24,996 nucleotides of DNA. It comes from Candidatus Jordarchaeia archaeon (GTDB lineage: Archaea > Asgardarchaeota > Jordiarchaeia > Jordiarchaeales > Jordiarchaeaceae). The notes under the pieces were generated by a model that was not told the DNA's origin, ran no database searches, and saw nothing but the letters and a program-made list of their open reading frames with translations. Location: the NCBI GenBank assembly GCA_029856435.1, contig JAHQXB010000033.1:1-24996 (forward strand), given 5' to 3'. Made by a program: the position numbers and the translations under genes. Positions 12,001-20,713 of this stretch are shown one piece after another (positions within the stretch are counted from its first letter, which is position 1; the number at the start of each line of letters is the position of its first letter).

Positions 12001-13206
12001 GGAGACGAGGTTCTTGTAGGCCACAAGAGGGTTAAGCTGTTTGATAAGAAGAGAGTTGGGTATAGGTTTAAGATGGAGGGCGCCCCGAAGGCTAAAAGGT
12101 TTAAACTTAGAGCTGAGGTTATCTACAATGGGATGGTTGTTGAAAAGTCTGAGTCTGTAGAGATTCAGGTAAAGTCGCCAGAAGTGAAAAAAATGTTGGG
12201 GCTCCGGGGGATTCTCAATGTTCCCCAGAACATAATGCCCGGTGTCAGAATTCTTCCCCTGCTTCAGGTTAATGCGGGATATGTGCTGGAGCCCGTTAAT
12301 GTTTCCGTTAACCTTGAGGTTTCCTCCCAAGAAGCAAATATTCAGAAGGAATCTTACTTCTACACTATTCGGGAGGATGGAACATATTTTCTGCCCATGC
12401 CCCTGAGAGTTAGGGGTATTCCTTCCGGAGCGAATAAAGTTTCTCTGGAAGCCAGTCTAAATGTGGGGAGCGTAAATATAGGTTCAAAGAGAGCTTCTAT
12501 TCCCGTAACTCAGCAAGCTTCTCCTATAGAGGTTACTCCACCCTTAATTCAGGGTAATTTGAGTGCTGGAGAAACCACCAAATATTTGCTCAGGGTTAAG
12601 AACAATGCGGAGAAAAACCTTTCCATAGCCGCAGACTTCACATTTCTACCTCTAAACTCAAAGGAAATTCACGTTGGGAGTACTCGTTTAAAGCTTAATC
12701 CCGGAGAGCAGAGGCAGATGGAGGAAAGCTTTACTCCGCCTCTTTACACCGCGGATAGGGAAGGCTTCCTAATAGCCAAGCTTTCCTACAGCTTGGAGGG
12801 CAAGGTTGAGGAGTGGATCTCTTCCCCCAAACTTCAAGTTTCCCATCCCCAGTCAACTCCCCTAGAAATAAAAGTTAGGGGAACGCCTCACATTCCCAGT
12901 ATTGTGAGAAGCAACGATAAAGTCAACCTAGAAGTAGTGATAAAGAAAAAATATGAGGGAGGGGAACTCAAGGTTCAAGTCTACGCCATAGGTGAAGAGG
13001 CACTAGGAGAAATTAGGAGCATAAATGTTAAGCAGAGGGAGGAAACCAAAAGTTATGGCCCCTTCTCTTGGAGTGTGCCCAGGGTTCCTTACCGCACCAA
13101 GTATATTTTAGATGCTTGGGCGACTGAAAAAGGTCAACTTGTTCCAAGCCAGCTGATAAAAAAGGAAAAAGTGGAAATAGTTGTGCTACCACGAGAACCA
13201 GACTAA
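9073..13206 (+). CDS. 1377-aa fusion: GCS2/YbdK-family carboxylate-amine ligase + beta-sandwich-like domains + Pro/Lys-rich linker
   Basis: N-terminal ligase motifs FTQGVEIELQIVD, ILELVTPPC, TFGDHYHIGV, LPHLIALSVNSPF, YGTIEIRVFD. Low-complexity P/K/T/A region at about aa 723-928. Flanking regions are beta-rich with LKPGK/LNPGE turns. No signal peptide or TM helix is evident. Start is GTG 9073 or ATG 9082. Confidence 0.9.
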   Translation: MVLMGSKQLPFTQGVEIELQIVDQSGSLLQGQPLIRVWDHLLKRAAAMLEKKVLEGAPSIVRERLVRVGRVEKERQGRRLPYITVSYKMRGGKNVEIYAFGPDPNISQVTWILELVTPPCDTMEELGWWIKSLYRVALDSLPSGYGIISIGFNPKEAEYRSGVTFGDHYHIGVPDSRDRLAAYNVLRCFLPHLIALSVNSPFMNEGPTGNVKVRKTPRVTILGQNNVRSLRLKFNKGQTGPADKDHYIPFLERLDRRQFDKIVSREPPDDRFVDMFPFTDYGTIEIRVFDSQFSVSRRLALVAIIQALAYKAVKLAKSGQKLPDVSSEILVDNRDKAIEFGLFGKFFGDDGLNGSNKQFAKYYNFDPATGKPNTKLFEAVQSMLKFIQDEVEDLGFQEYLKPVLASVMGTSQLEPPCSPADYLLYLYHSSGGEFKRVTSNLIKMTEDFCTSLDEDPITRLFGAPEMAMKEAVATPASVSTTPPAASGVTAPIAVPVSAFSVKGSASVGVKQVIAGERIPFQLSLSSNSSSEAHVTILGKVLSKEGDEEAVISTAVREVSLKPGKESTFRENSIPLAVPFGAFSKPKSCFLQFTVRDDEKNELTKIKTGSFRVIATPNISIRPSSFYKKFEEGKTYEMSFQVANTTPQFSGKYQVRIFHKFPSGVLKLQTEKSLTNLKEVKIPHSLKVGGEIAKEVHLRVRVQVLYKGRIVSEYETPNIEILPKAAPEPEPKKPEIRVITKLTTEAYPPQAAPRVKPEVTVKPTPRTTPQPTQPKTQPSPQVRPQPQKYRAEGEPTLKLKVVTPTVKTAPPKRVRPKEKKVKPATPAKASMKTKLKTRPAVKPTREKAIKPTLRVLEAKPTSSKQASETKASYVKVTPNRVVSSPTAEGYGTSRAEAVKVAEVAPAKVPAWPAAKRVRESKAVEVSAVEPPRVSLHINSKDKELVLGSSCNFEIDLKNLNLDVTGDFWLNLYYCPSGGDEVLVGHKRVKLFDKKRVGYRFKMEGAPKAKRFKLRAEVIYNGMVVEKSESVEIQVKSPEVKKMLGLRGILNVPQNIMPGVRILPLLQVNAGYVLEPVNVSVNLEVSSQEANIQKESYFYTIREDGTYFLPMPLRVRGIPSGANKVSLEASLNVGSVNIGSKRASIPVTQQASPIEVTPPLIQGNLSAGETTKYLLRVKNNAEKNLSIAADFTFLPLNSKEIHVGSTRLKLNPGEQRQMEESFTPPLYTADREGFLIAKLSYSLEGKVEEWISSPKLQVSHPQSTPLEIKVRGTPHIPSIVRSNDKVNLEVVIKKKYEGGELKVQVYAIGEEALGEIRSINVKQREETKSYGPFSWSVPRVPYRTKYILDAWATEKGQLVPSQLIKKEKVEIVVLPREPD

Positions 13207-13216
13207 TCTCTGCTTT

Positions 13217-14545
13217 TTATGAGGGCTCCTCAGCCACGAAGGTTGAGGGCGTAGTTTTAACTGCGATGGCAAACCTTTGTGCCAGAGTGTCGTACCACTT
13301 CCATAATTGGCCGAAATCTGTGGCTTTGAGAAATTCTCCTCTGCCCAGCTCTGCCATTTTTTGCATTAGTTGAACGTCTGCTTCACCCAGCCCTACACAG
13401 TAGAGCACCCAGTTGGACTGCCCTGAGAGGAACTTTTTTATTGCGGGGATGGGGTTTACTGGTATGCCTTGGTCTGGGTCTCCCTTGTTGGGCATTCCAT
13501 CGCTTAGAAGCACCATCATCACTGGGGACGGCACACCTGTTTTTGGGTTTGGTGGGAATCCTTGTGCCAGCTCTGAGGCTAATTTGAGTGCTCCACTCAT
13601 GTATGTTAGTCCGCTTCCTTCCTTGCATTTTTCTATTATGTAGTTTGCTATTGTTTCGAGGCCGATGTCCTTGCTTTCGCCTGTGCATTTTATTACTGTG
13701 CTTACGTTTCCATCTGCATCTGTTACTCTTAGTGGCTCAGCTGTGTCCGCAAAGGTTATGACCTGAACGTTTTCACCCCATCCTCTACCTATTTTGAGGG
13801 AGAGGTAGAGGAGAGTGGCGAGAGCCGCACTCTTTATTCTGCTCACCATGGCTCCTTCTTCCATGGTGATTATGAAGTCTTTTAGCTGTGGGGTTTCCTT
13901 AAGCCCTCTTCTCAGTCCCTCAACTGCCCCATCAGCGTTTATGACTCTCATATCCTGCTTCTGCATACTTCCAGAAACATCTATCATGAGTATGGCGTTG
14001 AACGTCATGTCCACTGCGGGAACAATTTCGAATGTTACTTCCCTCCCCGTTGGATCAATTATGGCTACATCTTCTGAGTATAGTTCTGGCTGTGTTTTCT
14101 GTATTCGGAGCTTGACGTGGCCGCACTCCGCATCTCTCCAATCTATTTCCAGATTCTTGTATATGGGCCTCTTCATCAGGAGGCGTGCCAAGTCGTCAAC
14201 ATGGTCGGCGACCCAGACTACAACTTCCTCCGTAGCTTGGCCAGCCATGGGTTCCACACCGATTTGAACACTTGTGACTCCACCTACCGCCTCCTTCCTC
14301 TTCACGGTGACTGTGTCTCCTTCTGAAACGTTTGCAGAGTCGAGAACCGAGCCATCAACCATTATGTATCCTGGAGCGCAATCGTTGCTCGATATAACTT
14401 GGGCTGCTCCCCAATCCTCATACTTGTTAATAAAAACTATTACATCAAAGTCGTCTGCGCCTATGGTTTGCATATCGCTCTTGTTCATGTAAGCTCTGCC
14501 GTCAGCCGCTCCAGCATTTATAATTTCTAACTGTATCGTTGACAT
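13217..14545 (-). CDS. Cdc48-type N-domain fused to a VWA domain (442 aa)
   Basis: VWA MIDAS motifs DVSGSM, GLTYMSGAL, LLSDG and YCVGLG. The first ~175 aa align with the N-domain of the Cdc48 in this window. AAAGGTG lies upstream of the ATG. Confidence 0.9.
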   Translation of the reverse strand: MSTIQLEIINAGAADGRAYMNKSDMQTIGADDFDVIVFINKYEDWGAAQVISSNDCAPGYIMVDGSVLDSANVSEGDTVTVKRKEAVGGVTSVQIGVEPMAGQATEEVVVWVADHVDDLARLLMKRPIYKNLEIDWRDAECGHVKLRIQKTQPELYSEDVAIIDPTGREVTFEIVPAVDMTFNAILMIDVSGSMQKQDMRVINADGAVEGLRRGLKETPQLKDFIITMEEGAMVSRIKSAALATLLYLSLKIGRGWGENVQVITFADTAEPLRVTDADGNVSTVIKCTGESKDIGLETIANYIIEKCKEGSGLTYMSGALKLASELAQGFPPNPKTGVPSPVMMVLLSDGMPNKGDPDQGIPVNPIPAIKKFLSGQSNWVLYCVGLGEADVQLMQKMAELGRGEFLKATDFGQLWKWYDTLAQRFAIAVKTTPSTFVAEEPS

Positions 14546-14822
14546 TTTAAATACACCTTTTAACTAATCTTTTAAAAAGTGAAGCATATTAACTTTACTC
14601 TAAAGGAATACAAAGCCTTAATTCTTAAACCTACATAAGCTCTGCTTCTTAGACAGAACATGAAAAATGTTTTTTATAGCAATTAAATTATCACGTCTAT
14701 GCCTGTCAGCACTTCCTCCACTTGTATGACGAAACTAATCTGGATGACTGCCCTGATAAAAAAGGTTAATATTGTTTAAGGCGTCCAATTTAGGGTAACG
14801 GTAGAATGGGAGGTGATTGGAA

Positions 14823-15627
14823 ATGTCTAAAGGGGCGCTTTTGACTGGCACAGTTGGGGGAATAATGGGCGCTGTAACTGCAGTTTTCGGGATAGTATGG
14901 GTTTTTATACATGTCATATTTTCAAATGAAATAGTTTCCTACTGTAGCATGTTGAGCGATTACTTCATCGGTATTATATATCCTAGCTTTCCAAGATTCT
15001 ATACCCTTAGCCAGTATCCTATACCCTACTTTCCATCTGCTTCTTTATTGGTTTAGCCTCATTTATACTGGCTGTGCTTCTCATTGTTACTGGTATACTG
15101 TTTGGTTTAGGTTTTTATGGTACATACAAAATAGGGGGAGGGGTTATGGGTGTAGTGGGCCTTGCCTCGAGCGTTATAGGGATGATGGCGGGAGCTTTGC
15201 TTATCATCGTGGGAAATCTAACAACAGGATATGTATATGCATATACATTGGTAGAAATGTCCTCGGTTCCAACTTATCCCGTAGCTACACCAAATTTTGT
15301 GGTTATGTGGATTGGTTTTATAGTACTGGGTGTAACCTTCATTGTGCTTGGTTCAGCTAGTATGCGTGTTCGGGAAATGACTGAAAGGCCCTCGGCTTTC
15401 TATGCTGCAGGGATTCTGAGTATCCTGTGTGCGGTGGATTTTCTTGTAGGCGGCTTAGTGAACATTGTAGGTGGCCATGTGATGGGGGCTTACTGAGACT
15501 TTCAGGTTTAATGAATCAGTTACGTGAAGGGGGTAGCCTCGCGGGAATATACATTGTTGGCTACGCTTTGATATTTGTAGCGTTTATTCTTTGGGTTTGG
15601 GTCTTCTACACCTCTAGGGAGCGGTAA
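14823..15627 (+). pseudogene. Multi-pass Gly-rich membrane protein split by two frameshifts
   Basis: GGAGGTGA then ATG 14823 (MSKGALLTG...). Three consecutive hydrophobic ORFs (14817-15056, 15074-15496, 15427-15627) join into one TM protein with shifts near 15040 (FIGLASFILAVLLIVTG continues in the new frame) and near 15485 (LLRLSG...ILWVWVFYTSRER*). Confidence 0.75.
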
Positions 15628-15710
15628 TCCTTTTGAAGTTACAAAAAATTCCTTTTTTCTTTTTTTATGCAATTCCTAGGACTTTTTTGGGAAATTTACC
15701 TACTCGCAAG

Positions 15711-17339
15711 TTATGGGATTAGGATTTTTGGAAGTTGTTCGGCTTCTTCTCTGGTTTTGATTTCCTCCTGGTTGCCGCTGAAGATGATTTCGTGTATTAG
15801 TTTTGTGTAGAGTTTATTGTTTAGTATTGTTTTATGTGATGTTTCTTCCTTGAAGTCTTCCTCCCCTTGGAATAATTTTCCTGTAACGTTACACACGTTC
15901 AAAAACTCTCCTGCCTCATCCCTGCTCTTAACCACCACTATGACTTCATTAACCTGTGATGCTGTGGCTTTACCGCAGGACAGGTTTAGAACGAAGCTTT
16001 CACAGTCCACGTCGAAATTGGGGGAGAGTAAAACATCGTAAGTAACGTAGGTTAGCTTTTTTTCCGCAATGAGGGAGGATATTCTCAGAGATAAGGTTTT
16101 AAGGAACGCATCAGCATACTCGGAGGATAATCGGTGAAGTTTCCCATCCTTTGGGGTTCCCCCTCCTTCCATGGGCCATACTATGAATGGTTTAATTATT
16201 GATAGAAGGTTTCCTCCCAAAATACGCTGTATGTCTTGGGGTGTGCCTCCTATTTCTTCGCGGAACTCCCTTGTGAAGAGGTAGGAGAGAAAGTCTGTGG
16301 CTTGGGGGAGACTGAAGTAGTTGTAGTCTGTTCCGAATACAATTTTGCTTGACCAGTTGGGGACGCATCTCTTCATCTTTTTGAAAAAGAGGGGAACATC
16401 GTATCCTCTCACTCCCGAGGTTTCAGCATAGAGTGAGGGATCTTTGAAAAATTCGTAGAGCTCATCCCTGGTGTACTCCATTCCCGAGTGTCCCACTATT
16501 ATGGCGAAGTCGCTACTTCCCAGCTCCTCCCTAACTTCCTGTGTTAAACGGTAAATGTCTTCGGCGGTGCTGTAATACCTACAGTCGAAGAGCACTGGAA
16601 GGCCGTTCCTAGCCGCCGCGACCACAACCTTCCTCACATTTTCCGAGGTGACTTCGCTTAGAAATTTTTGGGAAATGGGATGAAGCTTTAATCCTCTGGC
16701 TCCCTGCTGAGTACATCTCTTTATTTCTTCGATTGCCTTTTCTCCCTCGTGGGGGTCGACTCTTACAAAGCCCAGCATTCTTAGGGAGTAGGGGAGAACT
16801 CTCGCTCGGCTCAGAACCATGTCGTTGGGAAGCTGGAAGCTGGGGCTAGTATTATAGGCTGTGGCGTCATTAAAGGGGAAAGCTACAAACTTGTCAACTG
16901 TCCAGCCTATGCTTCTTACCCCCGGAGCATCCTCGTGAAGCATATCCAACAGTGGGGGTGGCTTGGTGAAGGGCTCAGCAGGGACAAAGCAGTATTTCCT
17001 AGAATTTACCCTCATAGCCTTCACAACTTCAAACTGGAGCCTTTGATAGAAGTCTAGGGTAAGTTTCGGATTATTGATCCTGTAGGCTTTTTTTCCATAT
17101 TCCAGAACCTCCTCCCTACCAATGTGAGTATGAGCGTCAACAACATAGAAACTCACAGTTCTTTGGGAGGCATCCGGTTCCACCTCTGTATTTCCGCCAA
17201 TCTTGTCTTCGTCTGTCAATAGGAAAATCAAGATTTCAGCTCCTTGTCGACACTCTGCAACATAAAAAGAGTTAAATCCTCTTATTGAACCTTGCCATAC
17301 AAACACGCCGGCGATTTGGACTGTTACCATTCCCAACAT
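15711..17339 (-). CDS. Amidohydrolase-family (Amidohydro_2-like TIM barrel) metallohydrolase with C-terminal extension
   Basis: VVDAHTHIG, GFVRVDP, GARGLKLHP, IIVGHSG, LYAETSG, IVFGTDY. The true start is probably downstream (TTG 17231 after AAGGAG, or TTG 17219). Confidence 0.88.
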   Translation of the reverse strand: MLGMVTVQIAGVFVWQGSIRGFNSFYVAECRQGAEILIFLLTDEDKIGGNTEVEPDASQRTVSFYVVDAHTHIGREEVLEYGKKAYRINNPKLTLDFYQRLQFEVVKAMRVNSRKYCFVPAEPFTKPPPLLDMLHEDAPGVRSIGWTVDKFVAFPFNDATAYNTSPSFQLPNDMVLSRARVLPYSLRMLGFVRVDPHEGEKAIEEIKRCTQQGARGLKLHPISQKFLSEVTSENVRKVVVAAARNGLPVLFDCRYYSTAEDIYRLTQEVREELGSSDFAIIVGHSGMEYTRDELYEFFKDPSLYAETSGVRGYDVPLFFKKMKRCVPNWSSKIVFGTDYNYFSLPQATDFLSYLFTREFREEIGGTPQDIQRILGGNLLSIIKPFIVWPMEGGGTPKDGKLHRLSSEYADAFLKTLSLRISSLIAEKKLTYVTYDVLLSPNFDVDCESFVLNLSCGKATASQVNEVIVVVKSRDEAGEFLNVCNVTGKLFQGEEDFKEETSHKTILNNKLYTKLIHEIIFSGNQEEIKTREEAEQLPKILIP

Positions 17340-17527
17340 TTTTCTGGATCAAAATTGGAAAATAATCCAATTAAATACTTATTTTCGAAATGAAATCTAA
17401 AAACTTCAGGTAAACAAGTTTTAAACATTTATGAGGTGCCTGATTTAAGACAAAATTGAGTGAGCTATTTTATGGGGAGGGTAAGGCTTTTTACCTTAAA
17501 TATTGATAATTTTTTGGAGATGATTGG

Positions 17528-17809
17528 ATGGTTAGAAAGAGAACGACTTATGAAGGGGTTCAGAAGGTTGATATAACCGTTGAAGGTGATGATTTGAGGG
17601 TAATGATAATAATGTTTTCTGGAGAAGAGTCAGGAAAAAGAGAAGAGCGCATAATCACTGAAGAGGTTGCGAACCAAGTGGTGGTTAACAATTGCCGCGT
17701 CAAGTTCATTGGCGGGAAGGCAACCATCGACTCGCCTGAGGGAGCCATCAAAATAAGCATAGACCATGAATTAACCGAAAACATAAAAAACATAGAAGTA
17801 AGCCAATGA
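17528..17809 (+). CDS. Small beta-rich hypothetical protein (93 aa)
   Basis: GGAGATG upstream of the ATG, protein-like composition, fills the gap between two divergent/co-oriented genes. No family recognised. Confidence 0.7.
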   Translation: MVRKRTTYEGVQKVDITVEGDDLRVMIIMFSGEESGKREERIITEEVANQVVVNNCRVKFIGGKATIDSPEGAIKISIDHELTENIKNIEVSQ

Positions 17810-17940
17810 ATATTCCAGTTCCCCCCTTTGGAACATTGTTTGAATCCCTTGTTTTTATCCGGAAAATGTTTGGTGGATTTCTTATTGTTCTGTTATTTTG
17901 ATGTGGATTGCCGTGTTTGATGGGTTTGGAAGGTGGCGTT

Positions 17941-19509
17941 ATGAAGTTTGAGAGTATTCTTGCGGTTCCCTTTTTGTTGCCCTCCTCCGGAAGTTTGGTG
18001 ACTTCAAAGGATGTGGATAGTATAGAAATAGCGGTTGCACTGCTTTTAATTGAGGAGGAGAGAAAAAAGGAGGAGGACTTGGCCTCTATTTCCAAGTTTT
18101 TCTGTCCCCTCTGGGTTCACCCCCTTGATGAGAGTAAGGCTCTGGTCTTCGACGGTAGTGGGGTTTCCTCTTCAAAGATTAATCTCCAGATACTGGATAT
18201 TGATGTTCCCGTGGAACTCCGTAAGGGAGACTTTTTATCCTTTGTCTCGGGTCTTGAAAAGTATGTAAGGGAGGCTGTGTCTGATTACCAGTCGAAGCCC
18301 AGCGGTGTAAAATTGAGGGGGTGGCTGGGTGAAGATTTCGCTTCTGAGCTTAGGGAGCTTCTGCCCAAGATTGAAGAGTGGACTAATTTAAAGCAGTTTG
18401 AGGTAATTGAGCCCTCCTACACCATTAATAAGGAGTTTCTGGACGAAAGCAGCCTCGAGTGGTTTCCCAGTAGCACTCTTATCCAAAGAGAGAAGCAGAA
18501 ACATGAAGCAGCTCTAGAAATTATAGACGCTAGGATTAAGGAGGCTGTTGAACAGGTTAAAGCTATGAAAAGCGACTATAAGGAGAAGGAGAAGGAGCTT
18601 AAATCAGAATCCCAAGAAAAAATAGAGGCGGAAAAAGAGAAGAGAGACAGGCAGATTTCCAAGATTTCCGAGGCCACTTTTGACAAAAAAATGCCCCGAC
18701 CCGGAGCAAGCCTTGAAAAACTGGTGAATAAAATCTCGGAACATGGGGACACCGTTTGGAAAATGGTTGAATCCCAAGACATATACGAGATACTTGACGA
18801 AATAGGAGCCTTTATAGACACTGTCGACGAACTACAGGACTTCTTGGAACACCTTGAGAGAGAATACATAGCCTACAAAAGAGAAGTGGACAAATTCTAC
18901 TCAGACAAGGAAAGAGAAATAAAAAGAATCGAAGAAGAGTATCAAAGAACAGAGAAGGAAATCAAAGAGGATCTGGAAAGAAAACTCGAAGAACTGACCT
19001 CCAAAATAGAGGAATATGAAGAAGCCATAGAGAAGGCCGAAAAACTAAGAGAACAGCTAACCACAGCCTTCCACTCATGGAAGGAAAAAACCGAGAAAGC
19101 AATTACAGAATATGAGGAAAAAACCATACCCTTGAAGCGTTTACCAAGCAACCAACCCTTCCTAATTTTCATACCCCTGTACGTGGCGGAATACCAAAGA
19201 AAAGCCAAAAAAACCTATGGAGTAGTATCACCCGTAACCATCACTGATAAGATGCAGATAGTAAGACTAAAAGAAATCGGTAAACTTGCCCGTAACTACC
19301 AAGAGGAAATTGGGAAGGGCAAAACAAACAAGAATTTCGAGGAGGGCCTCAAAAAATATAACTACCTTCGAAACCCCCAAATCGCCCAAGAATTCTCAAA
19401 AGGAATGAACCTACTGGAAAGACGGGGAATAATCGACTCCAACACCGCATCCAAAGTTAAAAATGCATACGACCAACACTTCCGAATAGAACTAGAAGAA
19501 ACCAGATAA
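17941..19509 (+). CDS. Coiled-coil hypothetical protein (522 aa) with globular N- and C-termini
   Basis: Long E/K-rich helical centre broken by a Pro-containing segment (KKMPRPGAS). Start set at ATG 17941 after GAAGGTGG. No Walker motifs or TM helix. Confidence 0.88.
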   Translation: MKFESILAVPFLLPSSGSLVTSKDVDSIEIAVALLLIEEERKKEEDLASISKFFCPLWVHPLDESKALVFDGSGVSSSKINLQILDIDVPVELRKGDFLSFVSGLEKYVREAVSDYQSKPSGVKLRGWLGEDFASELRELLPKIEEWTNLKQFEVIEPSYTINKEFLDESSLEWFPSSTLIQREKQKHEAALEIIDARIKEAVEQVKAMKSDYKEKEKELKSESQEKIEAEKEKRDRQISKISEATFDKKMPRPGASLEKLVNKISEHGDTVWKMVESQDIYEILDEIGAFIDTVDELQDFLEHLEREYIAYKREVDKFYSDKEREIKRIEEEYQRTEKEIKEDLERKLEELTSKIEEYEEAIEKAEKLREQLTTAFHSWKEKTEKAITEYEEKTIPLKRLPSNQPFLIFIPLYVAEYQRKAKKTYGVVSPVTITDKMQIVRLKEIGKLARNYQEEIGKGKTNKNFEEGLKKYNYLRNPQIAQEFSKGMNLLERRGIIDSNTASKVKNAYDQHFRIELEETR

Positions 19510-19611
19510 AAAACAAGCGGCAAACACCATCATCCATTATTCCTGTCTAAAAGGATGTTGGAATCAGCTGGTTAACAGCCTTCCCAAAATTCCGCCTCCG
19601 CCCACCCAAAT

Positions 19612-19976
19612 CTAAGGTGATCGAAACCAGAAAGCCATTGTTTTTTGTTCAGAAATGTATCTTGAAAGTTTTTTATCATTTACAAGTTTTCGCTTTTCCT
19701 CATTGAGGTAACGGTAGGTTCCCCGATTCCAGCTTTTTCCCAGAATCTCTCTAGCCCTTAGCCCCCTTACCGGGTTCTCCTCAGGTTGAGGTTTGAACTC
19801 CTTTTTAAATAAAGGTAGTGCATGCCCCTAATCTTCTCCCAATGGTCAACTCTTGAGAAAACCCATAGAACAAGGGTGTCGTCAACATCTGTGAAGAAGT
19901 AGGTCTTTCCATTGGCTTCTGCAAAGCTCTTTTCATTCACCCAAAGGGTACTCAGTGCAATGAGTATACTTAGCAC
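19612..19976 (-). pseudogene. Probable degraded gene fragment of unknown function
   Basis: ORF 19767-19976 (...GKTYFFTDVDDTLVLWVFSRVDHWEKIRGMHYLYLK) continues after a one-base shift in the A-run near 19803 as KEFKPQPEENPVRGLRAREILGKSWNRGTYRYLNEEKRKLVNDKKLSRYISEQ...*. Reads as protein-like, but no family is recognised and the 5' boundary is unclear. Confidence 0.4.
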
Positions 19977-20713
19977 CAGAGGCAGGCACAGTTTCCAAGC
20001 CTGTCAGTTTTAAAATCTCCAGAATTGGGAAACTTCACATGAACAACTTTTCCTGGCACTTATAGAGCCAAGGATCCTTATCCGCATTATTACACTTGCC
20101 CATCCAATTCTGATTATTAAAAACAGTCCGAATAATAATATCTATAAAGTTTCTCCCTCACAACTTTTTAGCTAAACCTAATGCTGAAGAATACTAATTG
20201 CACCTTGCTTGGAGCAGAATGGGCAGGGGTTGGTTATTCTAATTCATCATTCTACTTATAATTGTTGGTCTTATGACCATATTTCTAGAAGGAAAATATG
20301 AAAGTTTTTAACACCAAAAACACTCGCAGAGCAATCCTACTTGGATAAGCCACGCACCTTAATGTGGCTAGTTGTCCAATTTTAATTTTTTTCAAAATAT
20401 TCGTTTAAATCCTGAAAAATTTGCAAATTAACAGTATAAAATTGCAAAAAATTCACTAAGACAGCCCGCAAAAGTAAAAAAACAGAACTACAAAAGAGGA
20501 CTCCGTGATGGAAAAGTTAATAACTTGAAAAACCGTCTTAACTATACCACAGAACAGTTTAGGGAATGAGAGTGCCTAATGCAGAAGCTATTTCCACTTC
20601 GATGATAGATGAAACATTTTTGGCTGCGTTGACTGTTTCAAATAATCCACAAAAAGTATGTCGTCTTACATTTTTGTATATGTGAATCACTCGAAGTAAA
20701 GGATGGTTTGATT

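Noticed and set aside
19874-19900. HAD phosphatase motif (FTDVDDTL)
   Set aside because: Only a DxDxT-like string is present; no other HAD motifs are visible in the fragments.
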